This document shows positions 37,891-46,807 of a DNA stretch of 64,000 nt, one piece after another. A program made the translations under genes and the position numbers. The DNA lies in the IMG/VR virus record IMGVR_UViG_3300033121_001133, positions 64,001-128,000 of that record. The stretch is one strand, 5' to 3'. Positions within the stretch are counted from its first letter, which is position 1, and every line of letters begins with the position of its first letter. The notes beneath the pieces are model-generated. The model did not search any database, was not told the DNA's origin, and saw only the letters and a list, made by a program, of their open reading frames with translations. Origin of the DNA: a virus. Lineage: Duplodnaviria > Caudoviricetes.

Positions 37891-38724
37891 ATGAGTCTAC
37901 TAAGCCTATTAGATGAGAAGCTAGGTCCTCCGCTGCGGAAGAAGGTGGGGGATTATCTGATGGCCAACGACGAAGACCTTGCTAGGCTACAAGGACTAAA
38001 CCCAGACAAGCTACCTGAGAAGGATACCCCCTGGGAGCGAGCTTTATACAAGCTGCTACGATCGTGGACTAGTGCGTCCACAGATGGCCACGCCCACAAT
38101 CTCGACAAACTTCGTAGTGACCTGCAACAGCTCAAGTCAGAGTTTCCTGACTTAATGAAGCCGCAAGGCTCACAGCCGGTATACAGGCTAGCACACATAC
38201 ACACCAAGTCCGTAAAGAAGACCCTCTCAAGTAAGAAGGTGTCTAAACAAGTTCAACTAGCCGGTCAGAGTTGGCTTTCAGTAGGAATGTATAATTACAA
38301 GCCTCATCGCCCAGTGCAGTCGTGGACCATAAACCCACGAGTGTTACAAAATTTTATCAACGTAGATGTGCGTGATGCAATTAGGGTGGTTTATATTGGT
38401 AAGCCAACTTCGGAGTTTATCTTCAACCCAAACACCATAGATGTCCTGAGCCAGAACCCAGGAGAATACGAGACGTTGAGGTTTGCAGGTGAGGGAAAGT
38501 TTCAAGCTCTGCTGAACAGTGAAGATTTGATCGATCTTAAGCTTTTACACCATCTTCCTCAATTTAAGAAGCGTTTTGATGAGCAGTATCTTAGAGTTAG
38601 AGATTATACAGATGCCTGGGAAAACCCCAAGATACGCTCTTGGGATGGTGTTGATTTTGATGATGAGTTTGCGGAGAGCTTATACCGAGACACCGCCAAA
38701 CAAGCCCTTCGGAGCTTGAAGTAG
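37891..38724 (+). CDS. Putative ADP-ribosyltransferase (R-S-E clade)
   Basis: PVYRL, VQSWT and GEYET motifs in canonical order; leader MSLLSLLDE. Confidence 0.5.
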   Translation: MSLLSLLDEKLGPPLRKKVGDYLMANDEDLARLQGLNPDKLPEKDTPWERALYKLLRSWTSASTDGHAHNLDKLRSDLQQLKSEFPDLMKPQGSQPVYRLAHIHTKSVKKTLSSKKVSKQVQLAGQSWLSVGMYNYKPHRPVQSWTINPRVLQNFINVDVRDAIRVVYIGKPTSEFIFNPNTIDVLSQNPGEYETLRFAGEGKFQALLNSEDLIDLKLLHHLPQFKKRFDEQYLRVRDYTDAWENPKIRSWDGVDFDDEFAESLYRDTAKQALRSLK

Positions 38725-38753
38725 TTGGATTGCTAGCAAATAAGGAGTATATT
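38725..38753 (+). promoter_or_regulatory. Sigma70-like promoter TTGGAT-N17-TATATT (groES-groEL)
   Basis: Intergenic; matches the class consensus. Confidence 0.65.
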
Positions 38754-38778
38754 TTAACAATTAACAAGTTATACGGTT

Positions 38779-39117
38779 ATGAAAAACCAATTAGATGCCA
38801 AGCCCCGCGCAAATAAGGGAACAGCTTTGTTTGAGCCAGTCTCCGATAAGCTGATATGTGAGTCTGTCGATCAGGAAGATATGAGCTCCGGAGGAATTGC
38901 ACTGGCCGATGTTAGCGAACAGCGAACTCTGAGAGGTAGAGTGCTGTTTGCAGGGCCCGGATTTTGGGCCGCTCCTGAAATGTTCGTTCCCACCACTCTT
39001 AAGCCTGGTGATCAGATCTTGTATCAGAGGTTTGCTGCGCAGACCTTTGAGCACGACGGTAAAGAGTATCAGATTGTGCAGGAACGTGATGTGATAACTA
39101 AAATCAACCCCCAATAA
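38779..39117 (+). CDS. groES: Co-chaperonin GroES
   Basis: P..DK, SGGI.L, G.V...GPG, LKPGD.ILY, GKEY.IV.E.DV. Confidence 0.9.
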   Translation: MKNQLDAKPRANKGTALFEPVSDKLICESVDQEDMSSGGIALADVSEQRTLRGRVLFAGPGFWAAPEMFVPTTLKPGDQILYQRFAAQTFEHDGKEYQIVQERDVITKINPQ

Positions 39118-39120
39118 GTT

Positions 39121-40764
39121 ATGAAGACGAGACCTAAGCTGTTAAAGTATAGTGATGAGGCTAGAGAGAAGATACGCACCGGCGTTGAAAAGCTTTCAGA
39201 GGCAGTTCAAGCTACTCTGGGACCTTGCGGTCGTAACGTGTTGATTGAGAAGGAGGGTAGTGGTCCTGTGATTACTAAGGATGGTGTGTCAGTTGCTAGA
39301 GAGGTGCATTTGAGTGATCCGGTGGAGAACCTAGGAGCTCAGGCGATTAAAGAAGTTTCGATGAGGGCTTCTAGGCAAGCCGGCGACGGCACAACAACAG
39401 CCACAGTACTCGGTGCTCAAATGTACAAAGGAGGTCTTCGAGCTTTAGGGTCCGGAGCCAATCCAGTTGAAGTCAAGAGAGGAATGGACCTTGCAACAGG
39501 TAAGGTGATCGATCAACTTCGCACCCTAAGTCAGGAAGTGAAGACCAACGATGAGATTAGGCAAGTAGCCACCATCAGCGCCAACAACGACCAGAGTGTT
39601 GGAGGAATAATCGCGGAAGCAATGAAGGAGGTGGGTAAGGATGGGGTGATTCAAGTGGATCAGAGTAGGACTTCGGAGACTACCCTAGAGATTGTAGAGG
39701 GAATGCAGATCGAAAGAGGTTACATTTCACCTTACTTTGTGACCAACAACTCCTCAATGACCGCCACTCTGGAGAACCCCTACATCCTAATCTGCGATAA
39801 GAGGATATCAAGCACCAAGGAAATACTCGGTCTGCTGGAGACTTGTAGTAAGGAGGGGAGAGCCCTTTTGATTATTGCCGAGGACGTTGATGGAGAGGCT
39901 CTTGCTACGATTGTGCTGAACAAAGCGCGTGGAATCCTAAACGTGTGTGCGATCAAAGCTCCTGGATACGGCGACAAGAAGGCTCACATGCTGCAGGATG
40001 TGGCTACTCTGACCAAAGCAGAGGTGGTTTCTACCCAGAAGGGTATGAGGCTAGATAAGCTAACCAAGGAGATGCTAGGTAACGCGCGCAGCGTGCTGGT
40101 GTCTCAAACTGAGACGGTAATCGTAGATGGCGCTGGTAATGTTGACACAATCAAAGAGCGAATTGAGCTAATCAAGACCCAATACGAAAAGGCTGATAGC
40201 GACTATGAGAAGCAGAGCCTGAAGGAGCGTATGAGCAAGTTGATTGGTGGAGTTGCTGTACTGAACGTTGGAGCAGCCACCGAGCTTGAGTTGAAGGAGA
40301 AGAAGGACCGCGTGGACGACGCGCTACACGCGACTCGTGCGGCTGTGGAAGAGGGCATCGTGCCTGGTGGTGGCATCGCTCTATTGGTAGCTGCGAGGGT
40401 ACTAGCAGATCTCAAAGGTGAGAATGATGATCAGAACCTAGGTATCCAGATTGTACGCAATGCTTGTGCCGCTCCATTCAAGGCAATAATCCAGAATTCA
40501 GGCAAGAGCCCAGAAGCTATACTAGATAAGGTGATTGTTGCTGTGGTTGAAGCTGGAAATAAAGAAGGTCGTATCGGATATGACGCACGTAATGGTGTTG
40601 TGTGTGATATGATCGACGCTGGGATCATTGATCCAACTAAAGTGACCCGTACCGCACTAGAGCTAGCTAACTCTGTGGCGGGAACCCTACTAACCACTGA
40701 GTGTGTGATTAGCTTTGATCCAGACTTCAAAGAAGACGTCAAACAACCTCAATTTGAGTACTAA
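39121..40764 (+). CDS. groEL: Chaperonin GroEL
   Basis: [58 protein letters not shown]; no GGM tail. Confidence 0.97.
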   Translation: MKTRPKLLKYSDEAREKIRTGVEKLSEAVQATLGPCGRNVLIEKEGSGPVITKDGVSVAREVHLSDPVENLGAQAIKEVSMRASRQAGDGTTTATVLGAQMYKGGLRALGSGANPVEVKRGMDLATGKVIDQLRTLSQEVKTNDEIRQVATISANNDQSVGGIIAEAMKEVGKDGVIQVDQSRTSETTLEIVEGMQIERGYISPYFVTNNSSMTATLENPYILICDKRISSTKEILGLLETCSKEGRALLIIAEDVDGEALATIVLNKARGILNVCAIKAPGYGDKKAHMLQDVATLTKAEVVSTQKGMRLDKLTKEMLGNARSVLVSQTETVIVDGAGNVDTIKERIELIKTQYEKADSDYEKQSLKERMSKLIGGVAVLNVGAATELELKEKKDRVDDALHATRAAVEEGIVPGGGIALLVAARVLADLKGENDDQNLGIQIVRNACAAPFKAIIQNSGKSPEAILDKVIVAVVEAGNKEGRIGYDARNGVVCDMIDAGIIDPTKVTRTALELANSVAGTLLTTECVISFDPDFKEDVKQPQFEY

Positions 40765-40766
40765 GC

Positions 40767-40982
40767 ATGCAACCACAAACTAGACAGAAACCGGACTTCA
40801 GCCAGGCGTTAGATTATACCTGCGAACAATGTGGTAATAAAGCATTTGTAGCACAGTACTTGATTAAGAAGTTCTCAGCACTCCTCTCCCCAACGGGGGA
40901 GGAAGCGCTAGTTCCAATACAGGTGTTTTCGTGCGCTAAATGTGGCCACATAAATAGTGATTTTGTGCCTGATAGCGAGTAA
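40767..40982 (+). CDS. Small zinc-ribbon protein
   Basis: CEQCG...CAKCGH. Confidence 0.7.
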   Translation: MQPQTRQKPDFSQALDYTCEQCGNKAFVAQYLIKKFSALLSPTGEEALVPIQVFSCAKCGHINSDFVPDSE

Positions 40983-41046
40983 ATCTCGACAATGTGATCT
41001 TTTCATGCTAATGTTTGGGTGGGTGGTGGATGAGAGGGTAGTGGTA

Positions 41047-41094
41047 AATACTATCTTTGGCAGAGTATTAACTACTTATACCAAAGACGGTGTT
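41047..41094 (+). promoter_or_regulatory. Translation-repressing hairpin with the late motif CTACTTATAC (41072-41081) in its loop
   Basis: AATACTATCTTTGG (41047-41060) pairs with CCAAAGACGGTGTT (41081-41094): 14 positions with 2 G-U pairs and 1 mismatch, covering the endonuclease start region. Confidence 0.7.
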
Positions 41095-41806
41095 AATGGT
41101 GATATATAAGACAACAAACACCCTAAATGGAAAGTTCTACGTGGGTAAGGATGTACGTAATAGACCCTCCTACTTAGGAAGTGGATCAGTACTTAAGAAA
41201 GCGATAGCCAAGTATGGTAAGAGCGTATTCAAGAAGGAGATCTTAGAGTACTGTAGCAGCTTAGAGCAGCTAAATGAGCGTGAGAAGTACTGGATTGAAT
41301 GCACTAAAGCTCTTGAGTTGGGATATAACATTGCACATGGAGGGACTGGCGGAAATACCGGTGGAGGTGGGGGTGCACCAAAGGGTAGCATTCCATGGAA
41401 TAAAGGGTTATGTTTACCTCCAAGCTGGAATAAGAACACTAAGGGTGTTATGAAAGCAAACAAGGGAACTTTTCAAGCCGGATCGAGTCACAAGCTCTAT
41501 GGTAGAAAGCAGACTCAAGAGACAATCCAGAAAAGAAAGCGCACCCGTTTAGCTAACGGCAACGGCTATCGAGCGCCCGACACCGGTCCATTTGCCCGAA
41601 AGCCCCTTCTAGCGGTTATGGTTGGTGGTTTGATCTTGGAGTTTTGCTCCCTGCGTGAGGCGTGTGCACACTTTCAGCTCAAATACAATACAGTGCGCCA
41701 TGCAGTCGCTGTGAATGGCAAGGGCCAACGAGAGTTGATAACAAAAACCGCTAACGGTGCTATTAAGTTTATACCTAAACATGAGCGAGCGGACAGTCTC
41801 CTATAG
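41090..41806 (+). CDS. Free-standing GIY-YIG homing endonuclease (Seg-like, NUMOD-type tail)
   Basis: VIYKTTN..NGKFYVG, YLGSG, KYG...F.KEILE, E.YWI, GYNI..GG; PWNKG motifs. Start at GTG 41090 or ATG 41096. Confidence 0.88.
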   Translation: MLMVIYKTTNTLNGKFYVGKDVRNRPSYLGSGSVLKKAIAKYGKSVFKKEILEYCSSLEQLNEREKYWIECTKALELGYNIAHGGTGGNTGGGGGAPKGSIPWNKGLCLPPSWNKNTKGVMKANKGTFQAGSSHKLYGRKQTQETIQKRKRTRLANGNGYRAPDTGPFARKPLLAVMVGGLILEFCSLREACAHFQLKYNTVRHAVAVNGKGQRELITKTANGAIKFIPKHERADSLL

Positions 41807-42659
41807 TCAATTTTCGATCTATCTGAAGTGCCCCAGTAAATGGAAGAGGGATTATGTAGACGGGCTTAGACAGTATGAGAGCACAATCCACACACTCTTC
41901 GGAACATGTCTACATACTACTCTCCAACACTACCTTAGGGTAATGTATGAGGATAGTGTCAAGGCTGCAGATGCTATTGATTTAGTGGCTCATTTGCAGG
42001 CTGAGATGGTAGCAACCTATAAAGCTAGTGTTGATAAGACTGGTCAGCACTTCTCAACTCCACAAGAGCTTCAAGAGTTTCTTGAAGATGGTATTGCCAT
42101 TCTAAACTATATCAAACGACATAGGGGGGTGTTCTTTGCACATAAGCAGCACAAGTTGATTGGCATTGAGATTCCCCTTAAGGTTGTTATCAATCAGAAC
42201 ATTGGATTCAACGGGTATATTGATCTAGTGATCTTAGATGAGAGAACCGGTAGGATTAAGATATGGGACATCAAGACCTCTACGGCGGGTTGGAATAAGT
42301 ACCAGAAGAAGGATCCAGCTAAGACAGCGCAGCTGGTCTTGTACAAGCACTTCTACGCTGAGCAGTTTGGGGTAGATCCTGAGATGATCGATGTAGAGTA
42401 TTTCATTGTCAGGAGAAGAATCAACCATGATGCGGAATTTGTGCCTAAAAGGGTACAAACCTTCGCTCCCGCTAGTGGTAAGGTAACCAGAGGAAAGATC
42501 ACCAAGCTATTGAATGAGTTTATAGAGAGTGCATTTACAGCGGACGGTGAGTATAACACCAACATCAACTATCCTGCAATTCAGAGCAGCTTGTGTGGGT
42601 ATTGTCCCTATAACAAGCCTGAGATCTGCCCTAAGAGGGAGAGGCTATTGTCGAAATGA
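41781..42659 (+). CDS. PD-(D/E)xK RecB/Cas4-like exonuclease
   Basis: SYSQ...CP, FGT..H, GYIDLV, IWDIKTS, QL.LY, C.YCPY...C. Confidence 0.85.
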   Translation: MSERTVSYSQFSIYLKCPSKWKRDYVDGLRQYESTIHTLFGTCLHTTLQHYLRVMYEDSVKAADAIDLVAHLQAEMVATYKASVDKTGQHFSTPQELQEFLEDGIAILNYIKRHRGVFFAHKQHKLIGIEIPLKVVINQNIGFNGYIDLVILDERTGRIKIWDIKTSTAGWNKYQKKDPAKTAQLVLYKHFYAEQFGVDPEMIDVEYFIVRRRINHDAEFVPKRVQTFAPASGKVTRGKITKLLNEFIESAFTADGEYNTNINYPAIQSSLCGYCPYNKPEICPKRERLLSK

Positions 42660-43177
42660 ACGTTCAACAGCGTCAACAACTATCTACCAAGGCAATTAAC
42701 AGCCTGGACCCACGACTAATACCATCTGCCTTCAGGGTGATGGACTTATGTCGGCAGGAGAAGATCCCAATAGTCATAGTTTGGGGTAGGAGAACAGTGC
42801 TAGAGCAGAATCTGCTGTTTAGGCACGGCCGAACCATACCAGGCAGGATCTTAACCAACCATCGTGGAGGATTTAGTGCTCACAACTACGGATTAGCATT
42901 AGACTTCTGCCTCTGCAAGCAGGGGCAGTTGATTGGCTGGGAAGACGTGTTTTCTATCAGCCGATGGCACGCTCAGTGGATGAAGGTGGTCCGGTGGTTT
43001 GAAGCTGAGGGGTGGACTTCAAAGTGGAGAGGTTTTAATTTTGAACCAGGACACGTGGAGAATTTATTCGGTCAAACTATTGGAGAGCTTTATGGACAGA
43101 GAAGACAAGCTGAGGATCGGAATAACTGGGACTCGTACATGGGAGAACCGCACCAAGATCAAGACATTTATCTTTAA
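42656..43177 (+). CDS. M15-family peptidase (L-Ala-D-Glu type endolysin)
   Basis: RT..EQ..L...GRT.PG..TN..GG.SAHNYGLA.D, E.GH.E. Confidence 0.85.
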   Translation: MNVQQRQQLSTKAINSLDPRLIPSAFRVMDLCRQEKIPIVIVWGRRTVLEQNLLFRHGRTIPGRILTNHRGGFSAHNYGLALDFCLCKQGQLIGWEDVFSISRWHAQWMKVVRWFEAEGWTSKWRGFNFEPGHVENLFGQTIGELYGQRRQAEDRNNWDSYMGEPHQDQDIYL

Positions 43178-43511
43178 GCTCAAGGAGCATACCACTAGGC
43201 CAATAGTGATTGTCAGCTTGGGGGAAAAGAATGGTGCTGATCGCTACGCCAAGAAGTACGCTTTGGAGTTGGGTTATGGGTATGAGGAAGTGAATGCACC
43301 CCACACACCTCGCAATCTATACAGCGTCATGTCTGAGTCCTTTCACGATAAGCCATACAGCCCTAAAAACTTCTACCTGCGCAATAAGGTGTTTGCTAGT
43401 ATAGTGGAGAGCTGCGTGGTGTTTGATGATAAAGTGGGGACTGACTCCAACCTGAGTAGGATAATTACTCAATTGAACCGAGCCCATAAGAAAGTGGTTA
43501 CCATCAACTAG
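43092..43511 (+). CDS. SLOG / YspA-like nucleotide-binding protein
   Basis: IGITGTR, IVS.G...GAD.YA..YA, RN; ATG 43092. Confidence 0.65.
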   Translation: MDREDKLRIGITGTRTWENRTKIKTFIFKLKEHTTRPIVIVSLGEKNGADRYAKKYALELGYGYEEVNAPHTPRNLYSVMSESFHDKPYSPKNFYLRNKVFASIVESCVVFDDKVGTDSNLSRIITQLNRAHKKVVTIN

Positions 43512-43535
43512 ATATATTTATCTGAGATGGACCAT
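43494..43535 (+). promoter_or_regulatory. Hairpin with the late motif ATATTTATCT (43514-43523) at its apex, burying ATG 43527
   Basis: TGGT(TA)CCATC pairs with GATGGACCA; inner TAGATA pairs with TATCTG. Confidence 0.6.
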
Positions 43536-43928
43536 AGTCAGCTTAAAAGATGCATAGCCGAGCTCACCAAGTACATGGGTGAGAAGGGGGTAATCATAGA
43601 CCCCCTGCCTCGATTGGTACTGAAAGCTGACCCACAGCTGACCAATCAGATACTCTGTCCTACAGCTCATTACAGTCCCGTTAATCAGTCCATTACCTTG
43701 CATACTGCAGGAAGGCATCCGAAGGACATTCTTCGCAGCTATGCTCACGAGCTATATCACCACCACCAAAACTGCGAAGGTCGAATGCCTAAAGAAGCCT
43801 TAGAAGGCGCTGACAATCCAAAATATGCCCAGAGTAGTAAAACACTTCGTGATCTTGAGGCTGAGGCCTATATGAAGGGCAATCTGCTCTTTCGTGACTG
43901 GACGGACCTAAAAACAAAAGGAGCATGA
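43527..43928 (+). CDS. Zincin-type metallopeptidase-like protein
   Basis: TAHY.P....I.L, RHPKDILRSYAHELYH (HExxH) and downstream EAEA. Confidence 0.65.
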   Translation: MDHSQLKRCIAELTKYMGEKGVIIDPLPRLVLKADPQLTNQILCPTAHYSPVNQSITLHTAGRHPKDILRSYAHELYHHHQNCEGRMPKEALEGADNPKYAQSSKTLRDLEAEAYMKGNLLFRDWTDLKTKGA

Positions 43929-44542
43929 TAGCAGAGAAGCGTTGTAGTGGTTGTAAGGAAACCAAGCCAGCTGAGTTTTTTGCTAGGAACAGATCCTACA
44001 AGGATGGTTTGCATTACAACTGTCGAGAGTGCCACAAGATCTATTACAGGAAGACAAGGGACTATCAAATAGACTACGTGAAGAGGTGGGGAAGGGACAA
44101 TAGAGAGAGGGTGCGGAGGCGAAATAAGGCTTATTGGCAAGAGAATAAGACACGCTTAATGCAGGAGAATCTAAAGTACACTAGTAGAAGGAGATCTGAG
44201 GATCACGTATTTGCTACCGTACATAATCTACGCAGTAGACTAAGCGCCACCCTTACACAAAAGCGCTTCTCGAAGGCTAGCACTTTCCCAACACTATTGG
44301 GATGTACTCCCACACAACTCAAAGAGCACCTGGAGGCTCAATTTGAGCCGTGGATGTCCTGGGACAATAGAGGTAAATACAATGGTCTACCTCAGGTAGG
44401 ATGGGATGTTGACCATATCATACCCCTATCCTCAGCTCAGTCAGTTAAAGAATTGGAACTGTTGGTACACTACACTAACTTGAGACCTTTGTGCAGTTAT
44501 GTTAACAGAGACTTGAAAAAAGCAAAACACCAGTGGAAATGA
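43925..44542 (+). CDS. HNH-type endonuclease (mobile/homing-like)
   Basis: N-terminal C..C...C..C; LGC....LK.HLE.QF...M.W.N.G, W.VDHIIPL, HYTNL.PL...N. Confidence 0.8.
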   Translation: MIAEKRCSGCKETKPAEFFARNRSYKDGLHYNCRECHKIYYRKTRDYQIDYVKRWGRDNRERVRRRNKAYWQENKTRLMQENLKYTSRRRSEDHVFATVHNLRSRLSATLTQKRFSKASTFPTLLGCTPTQLKEHLEAQFEPWMSWDNRGKYNGLPQVGWDVDHIIPLSSAQSVKELELLVHYTNLRPLCSYVNRDLKKAKHQWK

Positions 44543-44988
44543 AGCTTCGCAACATTGCTAGTACTATTCTGGAGCAGGTCCAGGGTGACTTCGCCGTATC
44601 GGGTTGGTTTGAGGTTGAGGGTTTATGGTGGACTGATAGGAAAGGTGGTGAGTGGGGCACGGAGCCTCAATCCCCCACAGACGATTGGAAAATTATCACC
44701 TTCCCAACTAAGCAGGAGGCTGAAAGGTTCGGACGGGCAGTGGTTAAGGTTCCCGCAACCTATAATACAAGCAAGGGAGTGGCTGGCTCAGATGGTAAGG
44801 CGTTAGGTCAATGGAAGGGTAAAGTCCAAGTCAGACCTACAGGATTTGCTGACGGAGCTCCCGATCAAATTGATGTGCATCAGATCAGCGATATCTATGG
44901 TGCACATAGAGTGGATAAGTTGAGTCGTCCAGCCAACGCTAGCGATTATGCTGCGGTTAATCTAACCCCACCAAGTACCAGTAACTAG
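44539..44988 (+). CDS. Hypothetical protein with ILEQ leader
   Basis: MKLRNIASTILEQ; ATGA overlap with the upstream gene. Confidence 0.5.
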   Translation: MKLRNIASTILEQVQGDFAVSGWFEVEGLWWTDRKGGEWGTEPQSPTDDWKIITFPTKQEAERFGRAVVKVPATYNTSKGVAGSDGKALGQWKGKVQVRPTGFADGAPDQIDVHQISDIYGAHRVDKLSRPANASDYAAVNLTPPSTSN

Positions 44989-44993
44989 ACTGT

Positions 44994-45215
44994 ATGATTA
45001 TGAGTTTATTTAGTCGCGTCTCTCAGAAATTGCTTGAGCAGCATACCCAGAATCTGGCATGGGAAATGTTAGGTCACCTAAATGATCCCACCTTCACTAA
45101 GCAATTTGAGCAGTTGGTTGAAGCTCTACCAGAGAGTGAAGGTAAGGCTCTTAGAGACTTATATGATCAGCTACACGCAGGCTTGAAGCGCTATGAGGTG
45201 GGAGATGCTCCTTGA
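44994..45215 (+). CDS. Hypothetical protein with LLEQ leader
   Basis: MSLFSRVSQKLLEQ; helical. Confidence 0.5.
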   Translation: MIMSLFSRVSQKLLEQHTQNLAWEMLGHLNDPTFTKQFEQLVEALPESEGKALRDLYDQLHAGLKRYEVGDAP

Positions 45216-45232
45216 AAATAGCATAATTACCG

Positions 45233-45261
45233 TTGTGATTCAACCCACAAGTTAGTATAGT
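45233..45261 (+). promoter_or_regulatory. Sigma70-like promoter TTGTGA-N17-TATAGT (glycan cluster)
   Basis: Intergenic; matches the class consensus. Confidence 0.6.
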
Positions 45262-45280
45262 TACATAGAATAGCACAAAC

Positions 45281-46762
45281 ATGATAGGTTACATTCCCAA
45301 ACAGGAGAGAAAGACTCTTCTATTTCTTGCTGATGACTGCCGACTGCCTTCAGGAATTGGCACAATGACTAGAGAGCTAATTGTAGGCAATGCTCATATC
45401 TTCAACTTTGTGCACGTAGGTGCTGCAATCAATCACCCAGACGTGGGTAAGATACTAGACCTATCCCAAGAGATTAACAAGGAGGTAGGTATCGATGACG
45501 CTAGTGTGTTGATCTACCCCTATAATGGGTATGGAGATCCGGATCTAATTAGAACTCTTATGTCTAGGCATAAGATCGATGGGATTGTTCACTTCACAGA
45601 TCCTCGATATTGGATCTGGTTGTATCAAATGTCAGCAGAGCTCAGACAGGAGGTTCCCATATTCTACTACCACATCTGGGACGATGCACCCGCTCCACAT
45701 TACAACAAGCCTTTCTATCAGAGTTGCGATCTGCTGATGGGCATCAGTAAACAGTCTGATAATCTAGCTAAGCTAGTGTTAGGGGAGGGTCAGTATATTG
45801 AGTTGACCCCAGATACCCCTTCGGAGAAGGTGGCAGAGCCTCTACCTAAGGTATGCTATGTGCCTCACGGCATCAACACCAAGTACATCTACCCCGTTCC
45901 TAGGGACCATCAATCGGTACGAGAGATTCGCAAGCAGCTGTTTGGTGCCGATGATCCAGAGTTTGTCCTACTGTACAATAACAGGAACATCCGCAGGAAG
46001 ATGACTTCCGACGTAGTATTAGCTTTCAGTCAATTCCACGATCAGCTTCCCCCCGATCAACAACAAGGTGTAAGGCTTGTACTGCATACTCAGCCTGTGG
46101 ATGAGAATGGTACCGATTTGATAGCGTTGATTGAAGATCTATTCCCTCATGTGAAGAGTAAGATCGTATTCACAAACGCTCGATACTCAGCTACGGACTT
46201 AAACTGGCTGTATAATGCTTGCGATGTGGTGATTAACATTGGCTCTAATGAGGGGTGGGGATTGTCAAGTACAGAAGCAATGCTTGCCGGGGTTCCCGTA
46301 ATCAATAATGTCACAGGAGGTCTGCAGGATCAACTGAGATTTGAAGATGATAAGGGTAACTGGATAAACTTCAACGCCAAGTTTACCTCCAACCACTCGG
46401 GTCGAGTAAAAGCTCACGGTAAATGGGGCAAGCCCGTATTCCCAGCTGCCGTTAACCTGCAGGGTAGTATTCCAACCCCGTACATCTTTGATGATCGAGT
46501 TAATGTCCTGGATGTGGTTGAGGCGATTCAGTATTGGCATAATATGCCCAGGCAACAGCGAATTGATTGTGGCCTTGAGGGTAATCGTTGGGCTCACAGT
46601 GAGGAGGCAGGTCTAACTGCGGTAGTAATGTGTGATCGATTCGCCAGAGCAATCAACCAAGTGCTGAGGAATTGGGTACCACCTCCGCGATTTAAGATGT
46701 ACAGTGTGGAGGAGGAGCTAAAGAGTATGAGTAACAAACAATCTGGAATCTGCCTAAAATGA
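45281..46762 (+). CDS. GT-B glycosyltransferase (GT4-like)
   Basis: VPHGI, NRNIRRK, LYNA.DV, NEGWGL...EAM..G.PVI. Confidence 0.85.
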   Translation: MIGYIPKQERKTLLFLADDCRLPSGIGTMTRELIVGNAHIFNFVHVGAAINHPDVGKILDLSQEINKEVGIDDASVLIYPYNGYGDPDLIRTLMSRHKIDGIVHFTDPRYWIWLYQMSAELRQEVPIFYYHIWDDAPAPHYNKPFYQSCDLLMGISKQSDNLAKLVLGEGQYIELTPDTPSEKVAEPLPKVCYVPHGINTKYIYPVPRDHQSVREIRKQLFGADDPEFVLLYNNRNIRRKMTSDVVLAFSQFHDQLPPDQQQGVRLVLHTQPVDENGTDLIALIEDLFPHVKSKIVFTNARYSATDLNWLYNACDVVINIGSNEGWGLSSTEAMLAGVPVINNVTGGLQDQLRFEDDKGNWINFNAKFTSNHSGRVKAHGKWGKPVFPAAVNLQGSIPTPYIFDDRVNVLDVVEAIQYWHNMPRQQRIDCGLEGNRWAHSEEAGLTAVVMCDRFARAINQVLRNWVPPPRFKMYSVEEELKSMSNKQSGICLK

Positions 46763-46806
46763 CTGCTTTTGCTTATACAAGCTCTACCTATAGCAAAGGG
46801 AGTCAT
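46759..46806 (+). promoter_or_regulatory. Translation-repressing hairpin with the late motif CTACCTATAG (46784-46793) in its loop
   Basis: ATGACTGCTTTTGCT (46759-46773) pairs with AGCAAAGGGAGTCAT (46792-46806): 15 positions with 1 mismatch and 1 G-U; ends 1 nt before ATG 46808. Confidence 0.75.
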
Positions 46807-46807
46807 A

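Noticed and set aside
41014-41038. G-rich tract GGGTGGGTGGTGG...GGG as a G-quadruplex or origin
   Set aside because: Only three G3 runs, single occurrence, no supporting repeats.
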